A DNA stretch of 64,000 bases from Diplonema japonicum. Its lineage: Eukaryota; Protista; Euglenozoa: Diplonemea. Location of the stretch: assembly GCA_964019335.1 (NCBI GenBank), contig OZ025749.1, forward strand, positions 186,001-250,000, given 5' to 3'. Positions 40,548 to 52,497 of this stretch are shown here, piece by piece (the first letter of the stretch is position 1; each line of letters begins with the position of its first letter). Under the pieces are notes generated by a model that saw nothing but the letters and a program-made list of their open reading frames with translations, was not told the DNA's origin and made no database searches. A program made the translations under genes and the position numbers.

Positions 40548-42197
40548 ATGTGGCGTGCAGCATGCTCTGTGGCCCTTGTCGGGCTGCTTGCGGTGCCTTC
40601 AGCGGCGCACCTGACTGTGGTGTGCACGGCGACGTCGCCGCAGCAACCAAACTCATTCGCCTTCTGGTTCATGACCTACGACCACAGCCCTGATGTGGAC
40701 AAGGCACCTGGGATGGTGTACATCAAGGACCCCAGTGCGAACGTGGTGCAGGCGGAGTTCTCGAACTTCTGCAAACCAGGGTCGGGGCTGCCGAAGGGAG
40801 GGGCAACGGTGGACGTGTTCGAAAACCTTTTGAAAACGCACTGCCTGGGACTGTCTGACCCGAGCGGGAGGGTCCCCATCTTCTCGGACAGCCAGCTGAC
40901 CTGCTACAACCCAGACACGAACAACCCTATCCCCCACTACGCCCTGGGGGTGACGGGGAGCACCGCCGTCGACACCCCTTACCACACGAGCGTCATGACA
41001 GACTACTACTTCGTGGTGGTGGAGAACACGAACGGGGACGTGTTGAAGTCGGGGAGCTACGTGACTTGGTTCACAGGGACGGACCAGAACATGGACCCCT
41101 GCAGCACGGACTACCCCTGCTCCCTCGCCTCGCAGGCCTGGACCTTCGACATCTCTGTGATCAACGGGGGCCCGAGGTGCAAGACGGCTCCCCCCTCTTC
41201 CCTGACGGCCAACGTGGTCCCCGCGACGCTCAGCCAGTGCGACGGGTCGGTGCTCTCCATCTTCGTGGGGGAGGTGTGCCAGGCGCAGTGCGAGGCTGGC
41301 TACTCGAAGGCCGGGGTGCTGGAGTGCGTGGACAACGGGGACGGGACGGGGTCCTGGAGCAGCGGCTTCGCCTGCACGAACGACGTTGTGTGCGAGGTAC
41401 CGTCGGCGGCGAACCAGAACAACCACCTCATCAGCCCGGACATCAAGGGAGTGCTTCCCCCGTGCGGGGCGCTCACCCCCGCGGACACGAGCTGCCCGTA
41501 CACCTGCAACGGGTTCGGACACCAGACAGGTCCCGGGAAGATCAGGTGCACCAACGTGAACGGGAAGGGGGTGTGGAAGGCGGACGTGGCTGCGGGAGGG
41601 TACGACGGATGCGCTTGGACGGTCGCCCCGCCCCCTACCCCGCAGCCCACCAATGTTCCGTGCAATGACGGGGTGGAGGTGGTGGTGGGGGCAGGACCTT
41701 CTTCTGCTGTCCTTCTCGGGACCCCTTTGGACGGGGAGGACCGCTTCGAAGGCAGTGGGGTGAGGCTCACCAGGATCCCTTCGAGCTTTCAACAGATGAG
41801 GCTGCACGTCCCCGCCCTCCCTGTGGCCGAGGGGACCTCGATGGAGCTGAAGTGCTGTGGAACGGAGGTGTGCGAGTTCGTGGTGTCCCACTACCACTGT
41901 CCTCCTTGCTCTAGAACGGTGAACGGGGGCTTCCCCTCCCTCCTTCCCCTCTCTGGTTTTACGTCCGCCTCCTGCGCACCTCGGTACGGCACCACAGAGC
42001 AGAGGATGGTCTCCTACAGGATCCAGGTGCAGCCGGGGGAGTCCGTTGAGGTCCCCAAGACCACCACAGAGGCCTCCTCTTTCGTCGTCTTCAGCCAGAC
42101 TGGGGCCCTTCCCAGTGATTGGTGTCCTGCTCTGGAGAACAGGGGTTGTGGAGGACCCTGTCCCGTCACCGTTTGCTCTTGCCACACTACCTTGTGA
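40548..42197 (+). CDS. Secreted Cys-rich protein, copy 1: signal peptide, N-domain, two sushi/CCP-like modules, PT linker, C-terminal HCPPC domain
   Basis: Signal MWRAACSVALVGLLAVPSAA; GEVCQAQCEAGY...LEC...W...C pattern. Confidence 0.8.
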   Translation: MWRAACSVALVGLLAVPSAAHLTVVCTATSPQQPNSFAFWFMTYDHSPDVDKAPGMVYIKDPSANVVQAEFSNFCKPGSGLPKGGATVDVFENLLKTHCLGLSDPSGRVPIFSDSQLTCYNPDTNNPIPHYALGVTGSTAVDTPYHTSVMTDYYFVVVENTNGDVLKSGSYVTWFTGTDQNMDPCSTDYPCSLASQAWTFDISVINGGPRCKTAPPSSLTANVVPATLSQCDGSVLSIFVGEVCQAQCEAGYSKAGVLECVDNGDGTGSWSSGFACTNDVVCEVPSAANQNNHLISPDIKGVLPPCGALTPADTSCPYTCNGFGHQTGPGKIRCTNVNGKGVWKADVAAGGYDGCAWTVAPPPTPQPTNVPCNDGVEVVVGAGPSSAVLLGTPLDGEDRFEGSGVRLTRIPSSFQQMRLHVPALPVAEGTSMELKCCGTEVCEFVVSHYHCPPCSRTVNGGFPSLLPLSGFTSASCAPRYGTTEQRMVSYRIQVQPGESVEVPKTTTEASSFVVFSQTGALPSDWCPALENRGCGGPCPVTVCSCHTTL

Positions 42198-43422
42198 TGA
42201 TGATGATGATGATGTGCGAGAAAAATAGTTGATTCCTTTTTCTTTTTTCTTCTTCTTTTTTTCTTTTACAAATCTTTTGTCTTTTAAAAAAATGATCATT
42301 TATTAACTATATGCAACTTGTGCCGAGCAAGAAATCTTAGCAGCTATTTGAAACCTTTTTTTTTGCTCGTGAGATGGCAAATAGTCTAAATAATTGTTTT
42401 TTCACCCATGTTTTTACCTTTTACCTACCCGGTAGGTAATACCTTTTTTTTCACCCCTCCCCTCCCCCTTCTTCGCTCTCTTTTTAATTTTAGAAAAAGA
42501 AGATAAGAATCGTATTTCTAAAGAAGAAAAACAAATGAAAGTCGAAGTGAAAAAGGAAAAAAAAAAGAACAAACATCCTTTTATTTGTCTCTTTTTTTAT
42601 TTCTTTTTCGTTCCTTCCTTTCGTTTCTTCTTCTTCTTCTTCTTCTTTTTCTCTCTCCCTTTTCATCTTCTCATTTCCATAATTTAATCAATTCAACCCC
42701 CTTCCTCCCCTTCCCCCCAGGGTTCCCCCCCCCCCCCCCCCCATTCGGCAACAGAGAAGGCTTTTGATATAAAATAAATAAGATAAAGGGTCCCGTCTCT
42801 CGTTTTTGAAATATGGGGGAAAATGAAAAAAGAAAAAAAAAAAAAAAAAAAAAAAGAGAAATTTTCATTATCACCCCCTCCTTCCCCTCCCCTCCGATCG
42901 TTCGCTCGTTTTTCTTCTTTCAAAAAATCGCTTAAGAAAGTCCCCTACCCTTCATTTATTGCTCTTGTTCATGATGCAAGGTTCATGCTTCCCCCTTGGG
43001 GATGATAACTTTCATTAACTGAGACAAAATGACAGGGTTTCTTTCTTATCTTCTTCTTCTTCTTTTTTTTTTTTAAATTATTATTCCCGATAAAATCCTT
43101 TTTTTTTTTAAACCCGAACATAATAGGGGTTCCCCCCACCCCCAACCCCCTACACAATTATGATGATCGAAACGCTCCGTGATGTTAGCACACGGATCGG
43201 GGTGAGACGGTGGGAAGAACATGTAAACCGGGACTTGAACCGGGTTAAAAGAACAACGTAACCGATTCTGAGCAGAGAGGATAACGAAACGGGCGATCAG
43301 ACAGTTCAAAGAAGAACAGCACGGCCACCACCACAGGTCCCACGCCTGTTCTACCTTGCACTAAACGAGCTTGAAATGATGGAGGCGCGCAGGAAAGGGT
43401 TTGAAACGGTCGCACCTACTGA

Positions 43423-43646
43423 TAGTGAAAAGAGTGAAGTCCCTCATCGCTCGCCATAGGAAAGGTACCCATTTTCACCACCCTCTCCGCGCACAAGCTG
43501 ATGGGAACTGAAAACTGCTCGCAAGCGAGAACGCATCACTCAGCTGCGCTAGACGCTCACGGCCTCGATCGGGGCGAAAGCAATGCTCCGAGAAGGGCCC
43601 ATTGCGCGGCCCTCTTTACAGGGGGCTTGTCCTGTACTTTGAGTTT
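43423..43646 (+). mobile_element. Decayed family-B fragment (ORF2 end and start of 3'UTR); repeated at ~46634, ~49846 and ~53058
   Basis: agagtgaagtccctcatcgc, caagctgatgg, gaaagcaatgctcc and tgtcctg.actttgagttt match B 15963-16230. Confidence 0.8.
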
Positions 43647-43758
43647 CTTCTTCTTTTTTCTTCTTCTTCTCGCACCCCCTTTTCTCGCACCACAAACCAG
43701 CAAAAACCAGGTTATCCCCCTTTTTTTTTAAAAAAAAAAAACCACTTCCCAAACACAA

Positions 43759-45408
43759 ATGTGGCGTGCAGCATGCTCTGTGGCCCTTGTCGGGCTGCTT
43801 GCGGTGCCTTCAGCGGCGCACCTGACTGTGGTGTGCACGGCGACGTCGCCGCAGCAACCAAACTCATTCGCCTTCTGGTTCATGACCTACGACCACAGCC
43901 CTGATGTGGACAAGGCACCTGGGATGGTGTACATCAAGGACCCCAGTGCGAACGTGGTGCAGGCGGAGTTCTCGAACTTCTGCAAACCAGGGTCGGGGCT
44001 GCCGAAGGGAGGGGCAACGGTGGACGTGTTCGAAAACCTTTTGAAAACGCACTGCCTGGGACTGTCTGACCCGAGCGGGAGGGTCCCCATCTTCTCGGAC
44101 AGCCAGCTGACCTGCTACAACCCAGACACGAACAACCCTATCCCCCACTACGCCCTGGGGGTGACGGGGAGCACCGCCGTCGACACCCCTTACCACACGA
44201 GCGTCATGACAGACTACTACTTCGTGGTGGTGGAGAACACGAACGGGGACGTGTTGAAGTCGGGGAGCTACGTGACTTGGTTCACAGGGACGGACCAGAA
44301 CATGGACCCCTGCAGCACGGACTACCCCTGCTCCCTCGCCTCGCAGGCCTGGACCTTCGACATCTCTGTGATCAACGGGGGCCCGAGGTGCAAGACGGCT
44401 CCCCCCTCTTCCCTGACGGCCAACGTGGTCCCCGCGACGCTCAGCCAGTGCGACGGGTCGGTGCTCTCCATCTTCGTGGGGGAGGTGTGCCAGGCGCAGT
44501 GCGAGGCTGGCTACTCGAAGGCCGGGGTGCTGGAGTGCGTGGACAACGGGGACGGGACGGGGTCCTGGAGCAGCGGCTTCGCCTGCACGAACGACGTTGT
44601 GTGCGAGGTACCGTCGGCGGCGAACCAGAACAACCACCTCATCAGCCCGGACATCAAGGGAGTGCTTCCCCCGTGCGGGGCGCTCACCCCCGCGGACACG
44701 AGCTGCCCGTACACCTGCAACGGGTTCGGACACCAGACAGGTCCCGGGAAGATCAGGTGCACCAACGTGAACGGGAAGGGGGTGTGGAAGGCGGACGTGG
44801 CTGCGGGAGGGTACGACGGATGCGCTTGGACGGTCGCCCCGCCCCCTACCCCGCAGCCCACCAATGTTCCGTGCAATGACGGGGTGGAGGTGGTGGTGGG
44901 GGCAGGACCTTCTTCTGCTGTCCTTCTCGGGACCCCTTTGGACGGGGAGGACCGCTTCGAAGGCAGTGGGGTGAGGCTCACCAGGATCCCTTCGAGCTTT
45001 CAACAGATGAGGCTGCACGTCCCCGCCCTCCCTGTGGCCGAGGGGACCTCGATGGAGCTGAAGTGCTGTGGAACGGAGGTGTGCGAGTTCGTGGTGTCCC
45101 ACTACCACTGTCCTCCTTGCTCTAGAACGGTGAACGGGGGCTTCCCCTCCCTCCTTCCCCTCTCTGGTTTTACGTCCGCCTCCTGCGCACCTCGGTACGG
45201 CACCACAGAGCAGAGGATGGTCTCCTACAGGATCCAGGTGCAGCCGGGGGAGTCCGTTGAGGTCCCCAAGACCACCACAGAGGCCTCCTCTTTCGTCGTC
45301 TTCAGCCAGACTGGGGCCCTTCCCAGTGATTGGTGTCCTGCTCTGGAGAACAGGGGTTGTGGAGGACCCTGTCCCGTCACCGTTTGCTCTTGCCACACTA
45401 CCTTGTGA
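43759..45408 (+). CDS. Secreted Cys-rich protein, copy 2
   Basis: Identical translation. Confidence 0.8.
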   Translation: MWRAACSVALVGLLAVPSAAHLTVVCTATSPQQPNSFAFWFMTYDHSPDVDKAPGMVYIKDPSANVVQAEFSNFCKPGSGLPKGGATVDVFENLLKTHCLGLSDPSGRVPIFSDSQLTCYNPDTNNPIPHYALGVTGSTAVDTPYHTSVMTDYYFVVVENTNGDVLKSGSYVTWFTGTDQNMDPCSTDYPCSLASQAWTFDISVINGGPRCKTAPPSSLTANVVPATLSQCDGSVLSIFVGEVCQAQCEAGYSKAGVLECVDNGDGTGSWSSGFACTNDVVCEVPSAANQNNHLISPDIKGVLPPCGALTPADTSCPYTCNGFGHQTGPGKIRCTNVNGKGVWKADVAAGGYDGCAWTVAPPPTPQPTNVPCNDGVEVVVGAGPSSAVLLGTPLDGEDRFEGSGVRLTRIPSSFQQMRLHVPALPVAEGTSMELKCCGTEVCEFVVSHYHCPPCSRTVNGGFPSLLPLSGFTSASCAPRYGTTEQRMVSYRIQVQPGESVEVPKTTTEASSFVVFSQTGALPSDWCPALENRGCGGPCPVTVCSCHTTL

Positions 45409-46969
45409 TGATGATGATGATGATGTGCGAGAAAAATAGTTGATTCCTTTTTCTTTTTTCTTCTTCTTTTTTTCTTTTACAAATCTTTTGTCTTTTAAAA
45501 AAATGATCATTTATTAACTATATGCAACTTGTGCCGAGCAAGAAATCTTAGCAGCTATTTGAAACCTTTTTTTTTGCTCGTGAGATGGCAAATAGTCTAA
45601 ATAATTGTTTTTTCACCCATGTTTTTACCTTTTACCTACCCGGTAGGTAATACCTTTTTTTTCACCCCTCCCCTCCCCCTTCTTCGCTCTCTTTTTAATT
45701 TTAGAAAAAGAAGATAAGAATCGTATTTCTAAAGAAGAAAAACAAATGAAAGTCGAAGTGAAAAAGGAAAAAAAAAAGAACAAACATCCTTTTATTTGTC
45801 TCTTTTTTTATTTCTTTTTCGTTCCTTCCTTTCGTTTCTTCTTCTTCTTCTTCTTCTTTTTCTCTCTCCCTTTTCATCTTCTCATTTCCATAATTTAATC
45901 AATTCAACCCCCTTCCTCCCCTTCCCCCCAGGGTTCCCCCCCCCCCCCCCCCCATTCGGCAACAGAGAAGGCTTTTGATATAAAATAAATAAGATAAAGG
46001 GTCCCGTCTCTCGTTTTTGAAATATGGGGGAAAATGAAAAAAGAAAAAAAAAAAAAAAAAAAAAAAGAGAAATTTTCATTATCACCCCCTCCTTCCCCTC
46101 CCCTCCGATCGTTCGCTCGTTTTTCTTCTTTCAAAAAATCGCTTAAGAAAGTCCCCTACCCTTCATTTATTGCTCTTGTTCATGATGCAAGGTTCATGCT
46201 TCCCCCTTGGGGATGATAACTTTCATTAACTGAGACAAAATGACAGGGTTTCTTTCTTATCTTCTTCTTCTTCTTTTTTTTTTTTAAATTATTATTCCCG
46301 ATAAAATCCTTTTTTTTTTTAAACCCGAACATAATAGGGGTTCCCCCCACCCCCAACCCCCTACACAATTATGATGATCGAAACGCTCCGTGATGTTAGC
46401 ACACGGATCGGGGTGAGACGGTGGGAAGAACATGTAAACCGGGACTTGAACCGGGTTAAAAGAACAACGTAACCGATTCTGAGCAGAGAGGATAACGAAA
46501 CGGGCGATCAGACAGTTCAAAGAAGAACAGCACGGCCACCACCACAGGTCCCACGCCTGTTCTACCTTGCACTAAACGAGCTTGAAATGATGGAGGCGCG
46601 CAGGAAAGGGTTTGAAACGGTCGCACCTACTGATAGTGAAAAGAGTGAAGTCCCTCATCGCTCGCCATAGGAAAGGTACCCATTTTCACCACCCTCTCCG
46701 CGCACAAGCTGATGGGAACTGAAAACTGCTCGCAAGCGAGAACGCATCACTCAGCTGCGCTAGACGCTCACGGCCTCGATCGGGGCGAAAGCAATGCTCC
46801 GAGAAGGGCCCATTGCGCGGCCCTCTTTACAGGGGGCTTGTCCTGTACTTTGAGTTTCTTCTTCTTTTTTCTTCTTCTTCTCGCACCCCCTTTTCTCGCA
46901 CCACAAACCAGCAAAAACCAGGTTATCCCCCTTTTTTTTTAAAAAAAAAAAACCACTTCCCAAACACAA

Positions 46970-48619
46970 ATGTGGCGTGCAGCATGCTCTGTGGCCCTTG
47001 TCGGGCTGCTTGCGGTGCCTTCAGCGGCGCACCTGACTGTGGTGTGCACGGCGACGTCGCCGCAGCAACCAAACTCATTCGCCTTCTGGTTCATGACCTA
47101 CGACCACAGCCCTGATGTGGACAAGGCACCTGGGATGGTGTACATCAAGGACCCCAGTGCGAACGTGGTGCAGGCGGAGTTCTCGAACTTCTGCAAACCA
47201 GGGTCGGGGCTGCCGAAGGGAGGGGCAACGGTGGACGTGTTCGAAAACCTTTTGAAAACGCACTGCCTGGGACTGTCTGACCCGAGCGGGAGGGTCCCCA
47301 TCTTCTCGGACAGCCAGCTGACCTGCTACAACCCAGACACGAACAACCCTATCCCCCACTACGCCCTGGGGGTGACGGGGAGCACCGCCGTCGACACCCC
47401 TTACCACACGAGCGTCATGACAGACTACTACTTCGTGGTGGTGGAGAACACGAACGGGGACGTGTTGAAGTCGGGGAGCTACGTGACTTGGTTCACAGGG
47501 ACGGACCAGAACATGGACCCCTGCAGCACGGACTACCCCTGCTCCCTCGCCTCGCAGGCCTGGACCTTCGACATCTCTGTGATCAACGGGGGCCCGAGGT
47601 GCAAGACGGCTCCCCCCTCTTCCCTGACGGCCAACGTGGTCCCCGCGACGCTCAGCCAGTGCGACGGGTCGGTGCTCTCCATCTTCGTGGGGGAGGTGTG
47701 CCAGGCGCAGTGCGAGGCTGGCTACTCGAAGGCCGGGGTGCTGGAGTGCGTGGACAACGGGGACGGGACGGGGTCCTGGAGCAGCGGCTTCGCCTGCACG
47801 AACGACGTTGTGTGCGAGGTACCGTCGGCGGCGAACCAGAACAACCACCTCATCAGCCCGGACATCAAGGGAGTGCTTCCCCCGTGCGGGGCGCTCACCC
47901 CCGCGGACACGAGCTGCCCGTACACCTGCAACGGGTTCGGACACCAGACAGGTCCCGGGAAGATCAGGTGCACCAACGTGAACGGGAAGGGGGTGTGGAA
48001 GGCGGACGTGGCTGCGGGAGGGTACGACGGATGCGCTTGGACGGTCGCCCCGCCCCCTACCCCGCAGCCCACCAATGTTCCGTGCAATGACGGGGTGGAG
48101 GTGGTGGTGGGGGCAGGACCTTCTTCTGCTGTCCTTCTCGGGACCCCTTTGGACGGGGAGGACCGCTTCGAAGGCAGTGGGGTGAGGCTCACCAGGATCC
48201 CTTCGAGCTTTCAACAGATGAGGCTGCACGTCCCCGCCCTCCCTGTGGCCGAGGGGACCTCGATGGAGCTGAAGTGCTGTGGAACGGAGGTGTGCGAGTT
48301 CGTGGTGTCCCACTACCACTGTCCTCCTTGCTCTAGAACGGTGAACGGGGGCTTCCCCTCCCTCCTTCCCCTCTCTGGTTTTACGTCCGCCTCCTGCGCA
48401 CCTCGGTACGGCACCACAGAGCAGAGGATGGTCTCCTACAGGATCCAGGTGCAGCCGGGGGAGTCCGTTGAGGTCCCCAAGACCACCACAGAGGCCTCCT
48501 CTTTCGTCGTCTTCAGCCAGACTGGGGCCCTTCCCAGTGATTGGTGTCCTGCTCTGGAGAACAGGGGTTGTGGAGGACCCTGTCCCGTCACCGTTTGCTC
48601 TTGCCACACTACCTTGTGA
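46970..48619 (+). CDS. Secreted Cys-rich protein, copy 3
   Basis: Identical translation. Confidence 0.8.
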   Translation: MWRAACSVALVGLLAVPSAAHLTVVCTATSPQQPNSFAFWFMTYDHSPDVDKAPGMVYIKDPSANVVQAEFSNFCKPGSGLPKGGATVDVFENLLKTHCLGLSDPSGRVPIFSDSQLTCYNPDTNNPIPHYALGVTGSTAVDTPYHTSVMTDYYFVVVENTNGDVLKSGSYVTWFTGTDQNMDPCSTDYPCSLASQAWTFDISVINGGPRCKTAPPSSLTANVVPATLSQCDGSVLSIFVGEVCQAQCEAGYSKAGVLECVDNGDGTGSWSSGFACTNDVVCEVPSAANQNNHLISPDIKGVLPPCGALTPADTSCPYTCNGFGHQTGPGKIRCTNVNGKGVWKADVAAGGYDGCAWTVAPPPTPQPTNVPCNDGVEVVVGAGPSSAVLLGTPLDGEDRFEGSGVRLTRIPSSFQQMRLHVPALPVAEGTSMELKCCGTEVCEFVVSHYHCPPCSRTVNGGFPSLLPLSGFTSASCAPRYGTTEQRMVSYRIQVQPGESVEVPKTTTEASSFVVFSQTGALPSDWCPALENRGCGGPCPVTVCSCHTTL

Positions 48620-50181
48620 TGATGATGATGATGATGTGCGAGAAAAATAGTTGATTCCTTTTTCTTTTTTCTTCTTCTTTTTTTCTTTTACAAATCTTTT
48701 GTCTTTTAAAAAAATGATCATTTATTAACTATATGCAACTTGTGCCGAGCAAGAAATCTTAGCAGCTATTTGAAACCTTTTTTTTTGCTCGTGAGATGGC
48801 AAATAGTCTAAATAATTGTTTTTTCACCCATGTTTTTACCTTTTACCTACCCGGTAGGTAATACCTTTTTTTTCACCCCTCCCCTCCCCCTTCTTCGCTC
48901 TCTTTTTAATTTTAGAAAAAGAAGATAAGAATCGTATTTCTAAAGAAGAAAAACAAATGAAAGTCGAAGTGAAAAAGGAAAAAAAAAAGAACAAACATCC
49001 TTTTATTTGTCTCTTTTTTTATTTCTTTTTCGTTCCTTCCTTTCGTTTCTTCTTCTTCTTCTTCTTCTTTTTCTCTCTCCCTTTTCATCTTCTCATTTCC
49101 ATAATTTAATCAATTCAACCCCCTTCCTCCCCTTCCCCCCAGGGTTCCCCCCCCCCCCCCCCCCCATTCGGCAACAGAGAAGGCTTTTGATATAAAATAA
49201 ATAAGATAAAGGGTCCCGTCTCTCGTTTTTGAAATATGGGGGAAAATGAAAAAAGAAAAAAAAAAAAAAAAAAAAAAAGAGAAATTTTCATTATCACCCC
49301 CTCCTTCCCCTCCCCTCCGATCGTTCGCTCGTTTTTCTTCTTTCAAAAAATCGCTTAAGAAAGTCCCCTACCCTTCATTTATTGCTCTTGTTCATGATGC
49401 AAGGTTCATGCTTCCCCCTTGGGGATGATAACTTTCATTAACTGAGACAAAATGACAGGGTTTCTTTCTTATCTTCTTCTTCTTCTTTTTTTTTTTTAAA
49501 TTATTATTCCCGATAAAATCCTTTTTTTTTTTAAACCCGAACATAATAGGGGTTCCCCCCACCCCCAACCCCCTACACAATTATGATGATCGAAACGCTC
49601 CGTGATGTTAGCACACGGATCGGGGTGAGACGGTGGGAAGAACATGTAAACCGGGACTTGAACCGGGTTAAAAGAACAACGTAACCGATTCTGAGCAGAG
49701 AGGATAACGAAACGGGCGATCAGACAGTTCAAAGAAGAACAGCACGGCCACCACCACAGGTCCCACGCCTGTTCTACCTTGCACTAAACGAGCTTGAAAT
49801 GATGGAGGCGCGCAGGAAAGGGTTTGAAACGGTCGCACCTACTGATAGTGAAAAGAGTGAAGTCCCTCATCGCTCGCCATAGGAAAGGTACCCATTTTCA
49901 CCACCCTCTCCGCGCACAAGCTGATGGGAACTGAAAACTGCTCGCAAGCGAGAACGCATCACTCAGCTGCGCTAGACGCTCACGGCCTCGATCGGGGCGA
50001 AAGCAATGCTCCGAGAAGGGCCCATTGCGCGGCCCTCTTTACAGGGGGCTTGTCCTGTACTTTGAGTTTCTTCTTCTTTTTTCTTCTTCTTCTCGCACCC
50101 CCTTTTCTCGCACCACAAACCAGCAAAAACCAGGTTATCCCCCTTTTTTTTTAAAAAAAAAAAACCACTTCCCAAACACAA

Positions 50182-51831
50182 ATGTGGCGTGCAGCATGCT
50201 CTGTGGCCCTTGTCGGGCTGCTTGCGGTGCCTTCAGCGGCGCACCTGACTGTGGTGTGCACGGCGACGTCGCCGCAGCAACCAAACTCATTCGCCTTCTG
50301 GTTCATGACCTACGACCACAGCCCTGATGTGGACAAGGCACCTGGGATGGTGTACATCAAGGACCCCAGTGCGAACGTGGTGCAGGCGGAGTTCTCGAAC
50401 TTCTGCAAACCAGGGTCGGGGCTGCCGAAGGGAGGGGCAACGGTGGACGTGTTCGAAAACCTTTTGAAAACGCACTGCCTGGGACTGTCTGACCCGAGCG
50501 GGAGGGTCCCCATCTTCTCGGACAGCCAGCTGACCTGCTACAACCCAGACACGAACAACCCTATCCCCCACTACGCCCTGGGGGTGACGGGGAGCACCGC
50601 CGTCGACACCCCTTACCACACGAGCGTCATGACAGACTACTACTTCGTGGTGGTGGAGAACACGAACGGGGACGTGTTGAAGTCGGGGAGCTACGTGACT
50701 TGGTTCACAGGGACGGACCAGAACATGGACCCCTGCAGCACGGACTACCCCTGCTCCCTCGCCTCGCAGGCCTGGACCTTCGACATCTCTGTGATCAACG
50801 GGGGCCCGAGGTGCAAGACGGCTCCCCCCTCTTCCCTGACGGCCAACGTGGTCCCCGCGACGCTCAGCCAGTGCGACGGGTCGGTGCTCTCCATCTTCGT
50901 GGGGGAGGTGTGCCAGGCGCAGTGCGAGGCTGGCTACTCGAAGGCCGGGGTGCTGGAGTGCGTGGACAACGGGGACGGGACGGGGTCCTGGAGCAGCGGC
51001 TTCGCCTGCACGAACGACGTTGTGTGCGAGGTACCGTCGGCGGCGAACCAGAACAACCACCTCATCAGCCCGGACATCAAGGGAGTGCTTCCCCCGTGCG
51101 GGGCGCTCACCCCCGCGGACACGAGCTGCCCGTACACCTGCAACGGGTTCGGACACCAGACAGGTCCCGGGAAGATCAGGTGCACCAACGTGAACGGGAA
51201 GGGGGTGTGGAAGGCGGACGTGGCTGCGGGAGGGTACGACGGATGCGCTTGGACGGTCGCCCCGCCCCCTACCCCGCAGCCCACCAATGTTCCGTGCAAT
51301 GACGGGGTGGAGGTGGTGGTGGGGGCAGGACCTTCTTCTGCTGTCCTTCTCGGGACCCCTTTGGACGGGGAGGACCGCTTCGAAGGCAGTGGGGTGAGGC
51401 TCACCAGGATCCCTTCGAGCTTTCAACAGATGAGGCTGCACGTCCCCGCCCTCCCTGTGGCCGAGGGGACCTCGATGGAGCTGAAGTGCTGTGGAACGGA
51501 GGTGTGCGAGTTCGTGGTGTCCCACTACCACTGTCCTCCTTGCTCTAGAACGGTGAACGGGGGCTTCCCCTCCCTCCTTCCCCTCTCTGGTTTTACGTCC
51601 GCCTCCTGCGCACCTCGGTACGGCACCACAGAGCAGAGGATGGTCTCCTACAGGATCCAGGTGCAGCCGGGGGAGTCCGTTGAGGTCCCCAAGACCACCA
51701 CAGAGGCCTCCTCTTTCGTCGTCTTCAGCCAGACTGGGGCCCTTCCCAGTGATTGGTGTCCTGCTCTGGAGAACAGGGGTTGTGGAGGACCCTGTCCCGT
51801 CACCGTTTGCTCTTGCCACACTACCTTGTGA
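50182..51831 (+). CDS. Secreted Cys-rich protein, copy 4
   Basis: Identical translation. Confidence 0.8.
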   Translation: MWRAACSVALVGLLAVPSAAHLTVVCTATSPQQPNSFAFWFMTYDHSPDVDKAPGMVYIKDPSANVVQAEFSNFCKPGSGLPKGGATVDVFENLLKTHCLGLSDPSGRVPIFSDSQLTCYNPDTNNPIPHYALGVTGSTAVDTPYHTSVMTDYYFVVVENTNGDVLKSGSYVTWFTGTDQNMDPCSTDYPCSLASQAWTFDISVINGGPRCKTAPPSSLTANVVPATLSQCDGSVLSIFVGEVCQAQCEAGYSKAGVLECVDNGDGTGSWSSGFACTNDVVCEVPSAANQNNHLISPDIKGVLPPCGALTPADTSCPYTCNGFGHQTGPGKIRCTNVNGKGVWKADVAAGGYDGCAWTVAPPPTPQPTNVPCNDGVEVVVGAGPSSAVLLGTPLDGEDRFEGSGVRLTRIPSSFQQMRLHVPALPVAEGTSMELKCCGTEVCEFVVSHYHCPPCSRTVNGGFPSLLPLSGFTSASCAPRYGTTEQRMVSYRIQVQPGESVEVPKTTTEASSFVVFSQTGALPSDWCPALENRGCGGPCPVTVCSCHTTL

Positions 51832-52466
51832 TGATGATGATGATGATGTGCGAGAAAAATAGTTGATTCCTTTTTCTTTTTTCTTCTTCTTTTTTTCTTT
51901 TACAAATCTTTTGTCTTTTAAAAAAATGATCATTTATTAACTATATGCAACTTGTGCCGAGCAAGAAATCTTAGCAGCTATTTGAAACCTTTTTTTTTGC
52001 TCGTGAGATGGCAAATAGTCTAAATAATTGTTTTTTCACCCATGTTTTTACCTTTTACCTACCCGGTAGGTAATACCTTTTTTTTCACCCCTCCCCTCCC
52101 CCTTCTTCGCTCTCTTTTTAATTTTAGAAAAAGAAGATAAGAATCGTATTTCTAAAGAAGAAAAACAAATGAAAGTCGAAGTGAAAAAGGAAAAAAAAAA
52201 GAACAAACATCCTTTTATTTGTCTCTTTTTTTATTTCTTTTTCGTTCCTTCCTTTCGTTTCTTCTTCTTCTTCTTCTTCTTTTTCTCTCTCCCTTTTCAT
52301 CTTCTCATTTCCATAATTTAATCAATTCAACCCCCTTCCTCCCCTTCCCCCCAGGGTTCCCCCCCCCCCCCCCCCCATTCGGCAACAGAGAAGGCTTTTG
52401 ATATAAAATAAATAAGATAAAGGGTCCCGTCTCTCGTTTTTGAAATATGGGGGAAAATGAAAAAAG

Positions 52467-52497
<31 letters not shown>

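Noticed and set aside
42195-42212. (TGA)6 tandem stops after the array gene
   Set aside because: A simple microsatellite; no evidence of function.
40653-42299. 548-aa antisense ORF over each array gene
   Set aside because: Shadow of GC3-rich sense codons; it starts in a homopolymer UTR and has no recognisable motifs.
43628-43645. CTGTACTTT in the array spacer as an SL relic
   Set aside because: Explained by the B 3'UTR (tgtcctgcactttgag) with one substitution.
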